Assembly: GCF_026571515.1 (NCBI RefSeq)
Contig: NW_026856878.1
Span: forward strand, 186,001-250,000
Direction: 5' to 3'
Source of the DNA: Ruditapes philippinarum
Taxonomy: Eukaryota
Length of the DNA stretch: 64,000 bases
Of this stretch, positions 49,501 through 61,844 are shown piece by piece. The notes beneath the pieces were generated by a model. It made no database searches and was not told the origin of the DNA. It was given only the letters and a program-made list of their open reading frames with translations. Position numbers and translations under genes: made by a program. The stretch's first letter is position 1; every line of letters begins with the position of its first letter.

Positions 49501-52500
49501 GGTTATAGCTTTTGTTTTTGCAACATTTTGTGTCTTCCGAATTTTTGGTCTTTTTTAGTTGCTTGTAATGACCGTCACAACAAATTTCTCGTTTTGTATT
49601 GAATGTTTCTTCACCACAACACCAGTCGTCTGAATGTTCTGATTTCTTTCTTATTTGTCCATCACAGCACAATTGTGTTTCTATGTTGTAACTTTCATTA
49701 TAACAACATTTATATGTATCCTTATTTGCTACGTTTTGGGGTATGTTTGAGCAACAAATACTTTTCTTTGAATTCATTGACCGACCACCACAACACCGAT
49801 TATCATCCGGATGATCCCTTTGAACAAGTTGCTTTCCATCGCAGCATAACTGCATTTTAGAGCTGTAAGAATTTTGGAAACAGCACATTGTGTCATTGCC
49901 TCCAATACGTTGTTGTTTGTTTCCCATACAACAAATATCCTTCTGGTTGTTCATTGAGGTATTACCACAGCAACAGTCGTCCTGGTCTGACGTTTTATAC
50001 ACAATTTCTCCATCACAACATATCGAGTCTTTTGTATTGTATCCAATTCCATGACAACACTGCACATTACCACCCCCCTTTTCCGGCTTTCCGTTGCAGC
50101 ACAGTTCAACATCGGTGTTAATAGTTGTGTTGCCGCAACATGAGTCATCTTCTGAGTGTTTCTTATTCACAACATTCCATGCCCCATTTATTAAAGTCTG
50201 GCAACATATGGAATTTCTAGAGTCATAACTTTTGTTATGACAACACTGTGCATGTTCACCACCAATTTTATCATTAGGAGTGTTTGAACAACATATTTGT
50301 GATTTAGTGTTCATAGTGTTACCTCCACAGCACACGTTATCACTTTGTCTTTTCTTTTTTATAAGAGTTGTCCCATGACAACAAATATGTATATTTGGGT
50401 CAAAACTGTTTGTTTTACAGCATTTTGTTTTATGTTTGCCAACAGCAGGTTCTGGATTACCATTGCAGCAAATTTCGTCAGCGCTATTAAACGATTTATT
50501 ATTGCAACACCAATTATCACTGTGTCTCCGCTTAGTAATTACATTACCATCACAGCATATGTGGCTGCTAACATTGTATGAGAGACTTTGACAGCAGCCT
50601 GTTTTTGTTTGACCACCAATTAATGGTTGCGGACCCTTTTCACAACATATTTCTTCGTTTGAGCTCATAGTTGTATTCACACAGCAACCGTCATCAGCAG
50701 CAGATTTCTTTTTTCTTATTTCCAAATTCTCACAGCACATCTCTTTCCTGATACTATATGCTCTATTTCCACAGCAGTCTGTGAAATCTCCGTCTACTTT
50801 TGACTGACGTATGTCCATGCAACAAATTTCTGTTTTGGTATTGATAGAAGAATCTTCACAGCAGCTATCGTCATTTACACTTTTACGGTCGAATAGTTTC
50901 ATATTGCAACAAATCTTTTGCGTTTTGTCGTAACTTGTGTTTCCACAGCACCGCGTATCTTTTCCAATCTTTGGTTGCTTAAATTGACCATCACAACACA
51001 TGTGAACACCCGTGTCATAAGTGTCATTACCGCAACACCAATTATCGGCATTTCCAGTCTTCTGCATCAATTTGTTATTACAACACAAATGACTGTTTAA
51101 GTTATAACTGTCCTTTCCGCAACATCGAGTTTTGTTTAGATTATCATATATAGGTTGTACATTCATGTTGCAACATGTTTCATAATATGAATTAAATGTC
51201 TCTCCACCACAGCACCAATTGTCGTCTGGTTTAGATTTCTTTGTAATTTGATTATTACAACAAATATGGGTTTTGGAGTTATAGCTTTGTTTCCCGCAAC
51301 ACATCCAATCTTCACTGAAACTAGCTTGTGGGATACCTTGGCAACAAATACGATTTGAACTATACATCGTTGTATTTCCACAGCAATAATCGTCTTGTAA
51401 TGTCGTTTTCTTTTTTATTTCATTCGAGCAGCATAAATTACTTTGAATGCTATAGCTAGTATCTCCGCAACAAGAAGTTGGTTCTTTAAATTTCTTATTT
51501 CGTTTACCAAGGCAACAGATATGAGTCTTACAATTCATTGTTGTATCTCCGCAGCAACAGTCGTCGTTTTCATGTACTTTTAAGAATACTCTATCATTAC
51601 AACATACATATTTCTTAGAATCGTAACTTTTTCTGCCGCAACAAAAATAGTCATCGTTAATTTTAGGTTGCGGCGCACCATCGCAGCACATTTCTTTCAG
51701 AGAATCCATTGTTTTATTGTCACAACAACAGTCGTCAGATAAACTACGTTTTTGTAAAATCCGCTTTCCCTCACAGCAAACGTATTTTGTTCGGTCATAA
51801 CTTTTATCTAAACAGCATCTTACATCATTTGCCATTGGCGCATCTTGTATAGTATTCATACAGCATATTTCAGTGTTCGGGTTCATTGACAATAATCCAC
51901 AGCAACATGAGTCATCTGAATTCCTCTTCTGTATACGCTTCCCGTCACAACAAAGATATTTTCGCGAGTCATAGCTGTTGTTTCCACAGCACTGTGTGAA
52001 CTCTGTACCTATTAACATCTGTCGATTACCATCACAACATATTTCTTCATTAGCATTTATTGGAACTTGACCACAACATACCCCTTCACTATCGTCGTTT
52101 TTAGACACAATCTTACCATTACAACAGAGGTGTTTATTGATTGCTGCAGCTTTATCCTCACAGCAAAAAGATGTTTCCACATTCGAAACTTTTCTTGGTA
52201 TACCCTGACAACATATGTCACTTTGTGAATTCATTGTAGAATTCCCACAACAAATATCATCTTTTAAAGATCTTTTCTCAATGACAGTATCAAAACAACA
52301 CATTTGCGTTCGGTAGTTGAAACTTTGTCCTTTACAACAAACTGTACTATCAACAAATTCGTGAATTGGTTGTGGGTTACCATAGCAGCATGTCTCGATG
52401 TTTGTGTTCATACTTGAGCTTCCGCAACACCAGTTATCATTTTTATTATTTTTATTTATGATCAAACTATTGCAACATATATAGTTATCTGGATCATAAC

Positions 52501-53517
52501 CTTTGCGTCCACAACATTTAAAGTGATGACGATTAGTTCGATTTGTTACTTCACCTTCACAGCAAATGTGTGTGTCTCGGTTAAAAGTAGATATTCCACA
52601 GCACATATTGTCCTGTGTGTTATTTTTTGAACTGATTGTTATTCCGTCACAACAAATATGTGTCTGAGGATCAAATGACCTGTTTTTACAACACTTCATG
52701 TTTCGAGATGTAATTTTACCACCACAGCACATTGATTCCTTTGAATTATAGCTTTGTTTTCCGCAGCAGCGTGTACCTCGTTTGAACAGTTTTCCACGTC
52801 GACCATTACAACATATCTGAGTTTTAGGATTATATGTTCCATGTCCACAGCAACCAAGATCCCTTTTGCTCGATTTCTTAACAATAGTTCCATGGCAGCA
52901 AAGATGTTTTCTACTGTCATAACTTCTTTTCCCGCAACATCTCGGAACAGATTTTCTCCTACCTCTATGTTGTACCTCGCCATCACAGCACATATCTTTC
53001 TTACTATCAAAACTGTTCGTACCACAGCATTGTGTTCGTCCCTTATACTTTGGTTGTACGGTTTCATTACAACATACAGCTTTATCTGGATTAAAAGTCC
53101 TTTCCCCACAACAACACGAGTCCTTGAGATCACCTTTTGTCATGAGTTTCTTACCATCACAACAGACCTGCTTGTGTGGGTCGTAACTTTTCTTTTTGCA
53201 ACACATAGTGTTATTCACATTTACTAATGGCTGAACATCATCGTCGCAACATATTTGAGTACGTGGATCAAGATTATGTCTTCCACAACATAATGATATA
53301 TTCCCTCCATTTCTTTGTTGGACATGATCGTTACAGCATATTTTCTCGGTTGGATCGAAAGCGGTACCATTGCAACAGCATGTAAGATTTCCTGCCACCG
53401 CTGTTTGAAGCTTTCCATTACAGCAGGCATGTTTGTTTACATCAAATAGTGCTATATAGCTGCCATTGTTGTCACAAGAGTAGCATTTTGCATGAATAGA
53501 AGATTGTAGCAGGTTTC
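37574..53517 (-). CDS. 15,944-nt single coding exon of the galaxin-like protein
   Basis: Uninterrupted 5322-codon ORF in the track; acceptor ttcaattctatag|GA at 53517. Confidence 0.95.
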
Positions 53518-56500
53518 CTATAGAATTGAATGAAACAATCATAAAGATAAAAATGAAATTAAAGATAAAAGCGCGCTCAGGCTTAAAATATTAATCATTA
53601 AACAATCTTAGATGTCCACGTAAACATCTGCAGACTATGGATGCTGTTTAAACCTTTTAATTGAAAGCATATATCTTTCAAAATTTACACATGTAAAGGT
53701 GTTCCTTGATACTTAGGGGTGGGGGGGGGGCTATGGTGATGATGAATTTTATCACTGATACAGACAGAGTGTTTTGAAGGAATGAAAATATTTTGATATT
53801 TTTCGTCATGGTAATTGTCTTGCGTAGGAAATGTCCAGCATTTTAGATATTTTTAAACTTAGCTATCAAAATAAATCAAATTTAAAACCATTTAAATTCG
53901 GAATATACTTCTTTTCATTTTCGTTTATATTTTAGTAATAAAAAGTATTATATCCGTGTGTAAAAGTAAACTAGGGCAGGTGACATAGGAATTGTACTGG
54001 TGATGGCGGTGGTTTCTGCTATTCTGCAAGAAGTTTGGAAAAAAAGTACCTTGACAGCATAATCTTTCATACGGATTGTAACTGTTGTGGCCACAACAAT
54101 AGGTATTATTTCCAGCGATTCGTGGTTGAATCTATAAAATAGATGTAATTACAAATATGAACTTTAAAATGAGCAACGTTTATCAGATTAAAGTCATTGT
54201 TCTAATTCTGTTGATGGTGATATAACTTACAGAAATTTATGTAAGGAAATGTTAATAGATTATGTTTTTACCACGTAAATGAAGGAAAGGAATGACCAAG
54301 TAATGCTGAAATAGTTATTTATACATCTTTCATCTTTTATACATGTTGAATTTACAACTCACGATATGACCGCAACAAATTGACTTTCTCGGGTCGAAGC
54401 TATCTAATCCACAGCATTGTGTACGTTTGGCAGCTACTAATGGAGACGGGTTAGTATTAGCACAACAAATATCTCTAGCCGGATCATACGATACGCTACC
54501 GCAACACTGTGTCCGTTTTCCTGCAATCTTTGGCGCAACCGAGAAACGGCAGCATACCTGAGTCTCAGGGTTAAACTCCTGTAGCCCACAATAATTCCCT
54601 ATATGAAAATAAAGACAACATTCAAGATATAAGAGTGGCTTTTGGCTTGACGGTTTAAACGCCATAAAATCCAAATAAATTACATGTATATTTGTCAATC
54701 CCAACATATACACTTATCATATATGAAACTATAAAACATAAACATACGCTATTGTGATACAAAAAACATATTTCAACGTCTATATAGTATTACCAAAGAC
54801 GTTGAAATATGAACTTTTTTCAAATCAGCATACCCCGGTATATTAAGTGTATGTACTGAGATTGACAAATACACAAATTATTTGGATTTAAGGCGTTCGG
54901 AGCCCTAATTGTCTATGGGCACTATTGATAGTTTCATGCTTATATCTCAAAATTCTCTTATATTTAGTGTATTTTAAAGTTTCAAAAAAAAATATTGGCT
55001 AGAACCACCTTATGCTTCTCTTCTTTTGCTTTTTAGCCATAAGCAGGGTAATATGTCGTGATTTAGTTTTTGAATGGAAATTAAGTACTATTCTGTTTAC
55101 ATTTTCCTTTTTGTGATAAATTAATTTCACATTCAGCACTACTTTTTTAAGGTGTTAAGCACCTTACATGCTCTAAATCTAAATTCAAAACATTATAAAA
55201 CACATGTTTACCCTTTCTAAAGAGAAAACCAATCTTTATTTAGGCACAGTTAATACGTAGTGCTTAATTTTCATTCAGTACATTTTTTTCGGCCTTGAAT
55301 ATCTATGAAATGATATATAAAACTGTTTTATATTATAAATCGGTCATGAAATGGCCTTCATAAAGAGTATTATGAGACACTTCAAAGACAAGTATGCTAA
55401 AATCTAGATTTTGTCCTATTGGCCTGTATAATATGACGATGTTTTCCCCTGTGCCGTCACTTGAAAGTCTGAGGGACTTTTTCGCTAAATCAGGAAGAAA
55501 TTTAAAAAAAAATGGTATGAACAGATGCATTTAAGGAAAATGATTGGGATATTTTCCCTACAGAACCATGTTATTTTAAGGAGCCTGTATTTAGAACTTT
55601 TCCTCCTTGAAACACCTGTCACAATTAGGAAAAAGTCGACGTATTAAGTCGGTGAGATTGCATTTTAATTTTAAATAATTTCCAGTTAAAACAAATCAAG
55701 TTTAGGTATGATTTGCATACATGGGCACTGAAAAAAGGACAATTGTTTGAAATGGGTGGGGTAGTGTATCATTTTTATACATAACTCAACATTTTGAGTA
55801 CAATCAATATTTTTACGTGTGATTTGTGAGCTTAATGTTATCATTTGTTTCTTAAAAATAATCAACAGGAACACATTTTTCATAGAGATAATACTATATA
55901 TCATTACAAGTACAATTCTGAAAAGAGCACTTCAGATATCAGAATTTTGTTTAGATTTTACATAAAGGTGTCCCTTAAAAGCATATAAATAGCATATGCT
56001 GTCAATTTTTCATAGCCTCATAGTGCCCATTGGAGTGGGGGGGGGGGTGTTCATACCTTAAGTGGGATTGCTTTTCACTTTATTCAAGTATATGTATGTT
56101 TGCCTTGAAGGTCCTAAAAAGTTATGTTTGTAATAGACTTTCATAGTATTATTCATGTGCTTAAGCTTTCCTGAGCAGCATATAGTAGTATAGAGTCAAA
56201 CATTTGTCATCTGCCGTTAACCATACCTAGTTCATGTTCGCATATATAGGAAGTCACTTTTATTTCCTCTAGTCTGATTTGACAATGCCCAGAACTATAA
56301 ATTTGAGAGCTTTTGAATTTAACATTGTCTAGTGGACGTCTGAAGAAATGCATAAATCATGTCTCTATGCCCAAAATACTGGCCCGTCCAAGGGTCGCAT
56401 TGACTTGTAATTAGAAGAAATCTAAATTTTCTCCTCACCAATTCAAAGTTCAGTGGTTAGACAGTCGATATGATTAATCACATTGTGGCCCTCTACATGA

Positions 56501-58266
56501 ATGAAACATGGTCTAGACCCTAGATACTTGGCATGTAAGTTACCCCTCCCCCCATTGAACCTCTACTAAAGTTTTATAAATCCTTGCCCTTTTGTCTAGC
56601 AATGGTCCCCTGTCAATGTAATCCAATGACATACGTTTGCATTGAAAAATTTAAAGCGGCATGCCTCCACATTCATGCTAATTTTAATGAAAATTTTGAT
56701 ATTGTATTTAAAAGTAAAATATTGTGAAGTGAACAAAGAAAGTATTTTACTAATTACAGACTGAGCTTTTAATCCATGACGATTTAGCTCTTACTGCGTA
56801 AGTCACGCAGTAAAAATACATGTATAGTGACAAATACTGCAAAATCAGTCATTTATTGGACATAACATGTAAAATATAACTTGAATCTTAAATCTTTTGA
56901 CTCATCTTAAATCGTACATTTTCATCAAGTTTTTTTCTCCTCTTAAATTGGAGGCTATAAGTTTTAAAGCTTTTCCAGAAATAGATCATAGATGAGTATT
57001 CAAGATACTTCACAAAACTCGCCACTTCTCTTGAATGTTGTGTATATTCTTTTATCTTTATTAAATTGTTTTATTAAAAATTAATACACTGACAAATGTA
57101 CATGTTATATGACAAATTTATATGTATACATGCTATATAGTGAAAATGTACAGAAAGACTGATTAATTGCTATCGTATAAACTAGACTAGACAAAGAGTT
57201 ATTTGATTAACTGACCCCATGTTAATTAGATGCACATTTTAAGGTATTTAAAGCTGAAAACAGATCTGTTAAAGATACCCATTTAGCTATGAATAAGATA
57301 ACCAAGGCATACAATGATCTTGTAAACTCGTTTATGGCAGGATGAGCATTTGTCGGTAAAACAAATAGTCAGCTGCACTGGTATATCAGAAGGTGGTGTG
57401 CAAACCTTTCTGAATAAAGAACGAGTTTACACCTTAGAACGTTTTGTGTTATCCCCATTGACTCACTATGCAGCAAAAATGTAACTGCAATATTAAATAG
57501 ATGACCAAACTAATTTACACACTAATTGAATTAAAGATGAACAGCTCATAATAAACAATCGGGGCTGAGTGATCAACTTTATAAAATTTGTTCGAAATAT
57601 TTAAAGACCAATTTATTAGCAACCTTGTCCATCTGCTCATACTGTCACCGGGTGGATATTTTAAAGCACCCGCAGTTGAACTGGTTTCCTGTGACTTCTT
57701 CTGTTTATATTTCTAAAAATCCTTTCTGCAGAAAAAATCAATTCCAGAACTTCTTCTGGCAGGACCATTTATCCTTGCCTCTTGTAGATATCAAAAGATG
57801 CTTTTTAAAAGCTTTTTTAATACTTTTAATATATTTTTGGGACTGAGTTAAAAAGTAAGTAAGAAGTGTTTCTGTCTATGGCGAATATGTTGAAGGTTTA
57901 TATAAGGAATACTGTTGACAAAACGTAGCTTTTAAGTAACGCGAACCAAAACATACTCAATTCAACAAGCAGGAACTTTCACTGACGTTTTCAATTCTTT
58001 TTATAGTGTGTTTATTCAACATGAAATATCTGTTGTCTAAAAGTAAAAAAAAAACCCAACCAACAACCAAAAATAAATAAATAAATAAATAAATTAATTA
58101 ATTTATTAATTTTTCAATTAATAATGTTTATAAATAACTTACCCTCAACGCCCATTAGGTTGAAATTGAAAGAACGAGATTCCCTAGATTTAAATCCATA
58201 TGTTACATATGCACATAGAATTATATTAATAACTATAATTAAAATGTTTGTAACGTTTGGTAACAT
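37574..58266 (-). CDS. Giant secreted galaxin-like di-cysteine repeat protein, about 5,461 aa, 4 coding exons
   Basis: Exons 58266-58143 (signal peptide, ends phase 1), 54598-54363 (phase 1 to 0), 54131-54050 (phase 0 to 1), 53517-37574 (phase 1 to TAA); total 16386 nt in frame. The repeat CCG-x3-(Y/F)(N/D)-x5-CC-x(12-15) is the galaxin-type (usherin Cys-rich-like) repeat. Confidence 0.88.
43230..48466 (-). repeat. Coding higher-order tandem repeat, 4 x ~1.31 kb (436/435/437/436 aa)
   Basis: An equivalent anchor (DPxxxLCC) recurs at 48462, 47154, 45849, 44538 and 43230; spacings 1308, 1305, 1311, 1308. Confidence 0.92.
54050..54131 (-). CDS. Galaxin-like gene exon 3 (IQPRIAGNNTYCCGHNSYNPYERLCCQG)
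   Basis: ttttatag acceptor, AAG|gtact donor; exactly one repeat unit; not in the ORF track. Confidence 0.88.
54363..54598 (-). CDS. Galaxin-like gene exon 2 (NYCGLQEFNPETQVCC...SICCGHI)
   Basis: catatag acceptor, ATC|gtgagt donor; three repeat units. Confidence 0.9.
54655..54898. mobile_element. Fold-back (MITE-like) element in intron 1 of the galaxin-like gene
   Basis: Nested inverted repeats aaatccaaataa/ttatttggattt, atttgtcaatc/gattgacaaat, catatttcaacgtc/gacgttgaaatatg. Confidence 0.7.
58143..58266 (-). CDS. Galaxin-like gene exon 1, signal peptide (MLPNVTNILIIVINIILCAYVTYG-FKSRESRSFNFNLMGVEG)
   Basis: aaaATG, hydrophobic core of about 14 residues, TYG/F cleavage-like site, consensus GAGG|gtaagt donor in the phase that exon 2 requires. 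Confidence 0.75.
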
Positions 58267-58351
58267 TTTTCAACTTATAACACTCACAATGTCAATGATA
58301 AAAGTCACATGTTTTCAACAATTAAATTTAATGGTACTAAATCTGCAACAA

Positions 58352-58386
58352 ATACTGCATATCATGCGTTATTCCATCCTTTTATA
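58352..58386 (-). promoter_or_regulatory. Core promoter of the galaxin-like gene: TATAAAAG box and Inr-like GCAGT; predicted TSS about 58356
   Basis: TATAAAAG at 58386-58379; the A of GCAGT lies 30 nt downstream and 90 nt before the ATG. Confidence 0.6.
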
Positions 58387-59989
58387 TCTTTTCTTTGACT
58401 ACGTGACCGTAAAAAATATCTTCAAGTATTTGCAAACACGTGTTTACAATAATTCTATATTTTGCGTATTTTAACGATTCAACGTTTTCTTTGCACTTCG
58501 GAACGTATATGAATGAACTGATGAGCTCAATTTGAAAATTTCATATATCAGAATGTATGATGTCAACAAAAGATAAAGTATATCTACCCAATAAAAATAT
58601 TATTAAACAATGTTGTGTACTATACTTTAAATCTGTTGACTGACGCATACTTTGTTGAAAAATATATACTATAATATGATTTCATGCAAAACATGTGTAA
58701 AGGAAAACGAAATGCCACTTTGTTTGATAAAAGTTGTGTTTAAAACTTGCCGAAATTATCGAAAATGAATCATCATTTTTTGGATTAAGTTGACGATTCA
58801 AGAATTTCAATGAATTATGACAATCATGTCACGAGTTCAGTTTACGAACTGTCTTGGTATTACAGGGCAGTCTTAAAGCACATGTTAATAATAAAAACAA
58901 TTCTCTCCAAATACGTAAAAACAGTATACATTTGTACGGACAGGGTATACTAGTATATGTCCTTTATAGCCCGCCCCTTGCTCAGTTTGGCATAATAGAA
59001 AAACTTTACATACGCAATAGGTGAGATTTTTTATCAGAATATCCTATGAAATATACTTATAAATAAAATGTATGTACAGTTTAATTTTTATCTAAATGAA
59101 CGTTTACATATATAAAAAGATAAAATAAGAGAAGTTATCAATTGTTCACATTACGTTGATAGAAGTAATGAGAGTTATTATCTAGTATTAATAGTATGGG
59201 TAAAAATCGAACTGGCGGCCTAACTCCATTTATTAAAGAGTACCACAGCGGAAATTCACTTTCCTCACTGCTTGTGCTAAGCTATTTTGCCGTCTATGTA
59301 ATTGTAGAAATAGACGGCTTGATCTACAGGTCTACCAAGTGCGGGTTAAAGTGTCAACGAGTCTACAAAAGAGGATCAAGTGTCTGTCTGGTAGACTCCT
59401 CGACGCTCAACAAATAGGAGAAAAGATATATCCAACTCAAGACAGCACATGTATTATATTACGGTACGATGTAATAATGCACACATATTCACATTCACAT
59501 TTAAAGCAACAATCCCATAGATAAGCCGGAACAATATGCCAAAAATAAATTTGAAATTTACATAAATTTATAGAAATGATTATTCACCTATATCATACAA
59601 ACCCAAGAGGGTTTCCTAGTTTTCGAATCAAACAGCAATCGCGTGACTAGCGGAATAAGATATATTAATAGGTTAATAAAGTTAATATGTTTATTGTTTG
59701 TATAAAAACATTTAAAAAAAACAAATAAGAAAACCCACAAAACCTATGAAATCTGAAGGCGTGCTGCTTTAAACATTAGAGATTGTATGAGAACGATGTG
59801 TCCTAGTTCGCGGTAAGCTCGAGAGGGTCATGTTATATTTGAGATACCCTTTTAACTTGTGTAAACATTCGTATTTAGATAGTTTCATCTATTTTAGAGA
59901 TGTAGTATGGAACGCCAAAACTTCCTTTTATTATGAGAAACTGATATAATTATATTTGGTAAGTTGGAATTTGGCTGATATGAGTAAAG

Positions 59990-61100
59990 TTGCCATTTTG
60001 TTGAATTGAATGTACATATGTACATAATTAGTCCAGTTTTTATTGTGTTGAGTCAAGTTGGACTCAGGCTAAGTCCAGTTATTATCGTGTAACATCAAAT
60101 TAGCATTATATTGAGACAAGTTGTCATAAAGTAAGTCAAATGAGCATTTTGATAGGGCAAACTTGCATCAGGTGGAGTCAACATGACACGATGTTGAAAC
60201 TAGTCAGCATTTAGTTCAGTCAATTTGATATCGAACTGAGTCAATTTGATATAGGTCTGAGTCAATTTGATATTGGAATGAGTCAATTTGATATTGGACT
60301 GAGTCAATTTGATATTGGGCTGAGTCAGTTCAACATTTGGTCAATTTGACATTACGTTAAGCTAATTTGTTATATTGTTTGGTCTAATATGGCAGTGTGT
60401 TTAGTCACTTTTATATAAAATCTAAGTCATTTCGACATTATGTTTTATCAAAATGTCATTATAAGAGCCAGTATGTCATAATATTGGGTCAAGTTCGGGT
60501 GTAGTTGACATATGACTGAGATAATTTTGATTATCTTTATGGTGAGTCAAGTTGGCGATGATTCGTCGGGTTTCTGAGACAATGTCGAGTCCATGTATTG
60601 CAATGTAATATTTCGGTAGCAAAAATCTTTGGTCATTTATACAGTAACATGTATTGCAAGGTTAAGTGATTTGGACCGAATGGTCTATTGCCCACTGTAC
60701 AATTTGTTTTATGAACTACAATAGTTCACAAAAAATAATAAAGAATATTACTACTGCAACTTAACAATAAGTAAAAGAACATTTAACATGTCATTTGTAT
60801 TGGCATAACTTTATACTTTGATGGCCCAACATAATGTCAATTTGACCAAACCTAATTCCAACTTGACCCAACATAATGCAAATTTTACCAAACATTTTCT
60901 CATTTCTTAATTTTACGCAACTTCTAACAAATTCACTAAATCAAATGCCAACTAGACACAACCTTATGCCATACTGGCTCTATACATTCAAAGCATATGT
61001 CAGTGTGGCCCAACAAAATGCGACATTGGCTCAACTAAATGTCATTTTGACTCAACCTAATAATTCCAAGTGTCTTGACCTAATGCCTGCTAGACAACTA
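59990..61100. repeat. Degenerate 21-bp tandem repeat (gagtcaatttgatattggact), with reverse-orientation copies at ~60820-61100
   Basis: Clear copies at 60220-60330, decaying on both sides. Confidence 0.6.
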
Positions 61101-61844
61101 TTTTAATGTTGCTAAATGTAGGATTGCACGTTTCTCTTCCGAGGGATAACCACTTTTCCAGATTTTTCCGCATTGCCACATTTCGTTATGAAAAAGACTT
61201 CCGTTTCATTTTAAACTACATGTACCTACTTTTTTACGATTTCGATGGTCATGCATATTATATGGACAGAATATTGTTATGGTGTATCTTATATAAAAAT
61301 ATAAATTTCTTTTCTAAATGTGTCGTAATCAAACCTCTCAGATGCTGTGTGTCAATATGTCAAAGGGGGCATTATACACTTTGTCAGATCTGCCTAAAAT
61401 TTTCCTTACCATCTGCGGACCTGTAGTTCTATTGGAAGTCACAATCTTCGGGGTCTAGATATCCCAGGTTCAAGCCTACTTAAACACGAGACATTTACCT
61501 CAGTGAGGTCGGTGGGTAGGTTATGGTAGCCCGGTGACCAAGCTTTGACTATGTTAGGTGCATGAAACCCAGATTATAAAATGTATTTATTTTACTTACT
61601 TCAACATGTTGACATTTAAAGAAGGAATGCGATATTTATAACACATCTGTTGTCATTTGAGTATATGCACATTCAGTGTTTTCTATATATAGATATGAAT
61701 TTAAAGGCTAGATTTCCTGTTTATAAATATTTATATGCAATGATTGACATCTTACAGTATATAGTACAGTATATCATTCTATAAAGGAGACCAGTTCTAG
61801 AATTATACATGCATCACCATCATTTTGATCATTGCCTTTATTTT

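Noticed and set aside
37783-53430. Many 60-160 aa alternate-frame and antisense ORFs inside the giant exon
   Set aside because: Shadows of the biased codon content (TGT/TGC, AAT, ACA) of the main frame.
37574-53517. Usherin (USH2A), metallothionein or keratin-associated protein identity
   Set aside because: No laminin, FN3 or TM domains. A signal peptide and regular CC spacing with a Y/F-D/N motif fit galaxin-type repeats, not a cytosolic metallothionein.
53518-53542. ATG at 53542 as the start of the 5322-aa protein
   Set aside because: It lies in the polypyrimidine tract of an acceptor; three upstream exons join in phase and supply the signal peptide.
57210-57905. Possible extra exons or promoter of the giant gene (TATATAA near 57900, acceptor-like sites near 57725 and 57410)
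   Set aside because: The phase-compatible readings I tried hit stops or lacked a good donor; the direct 58143 to 54598 splice is simpler.
58515-58550. CTGATGA...GAAA hammerhead ribozyme-like core
   Set aside because: Stem II and stem I cannot base-pair as required.
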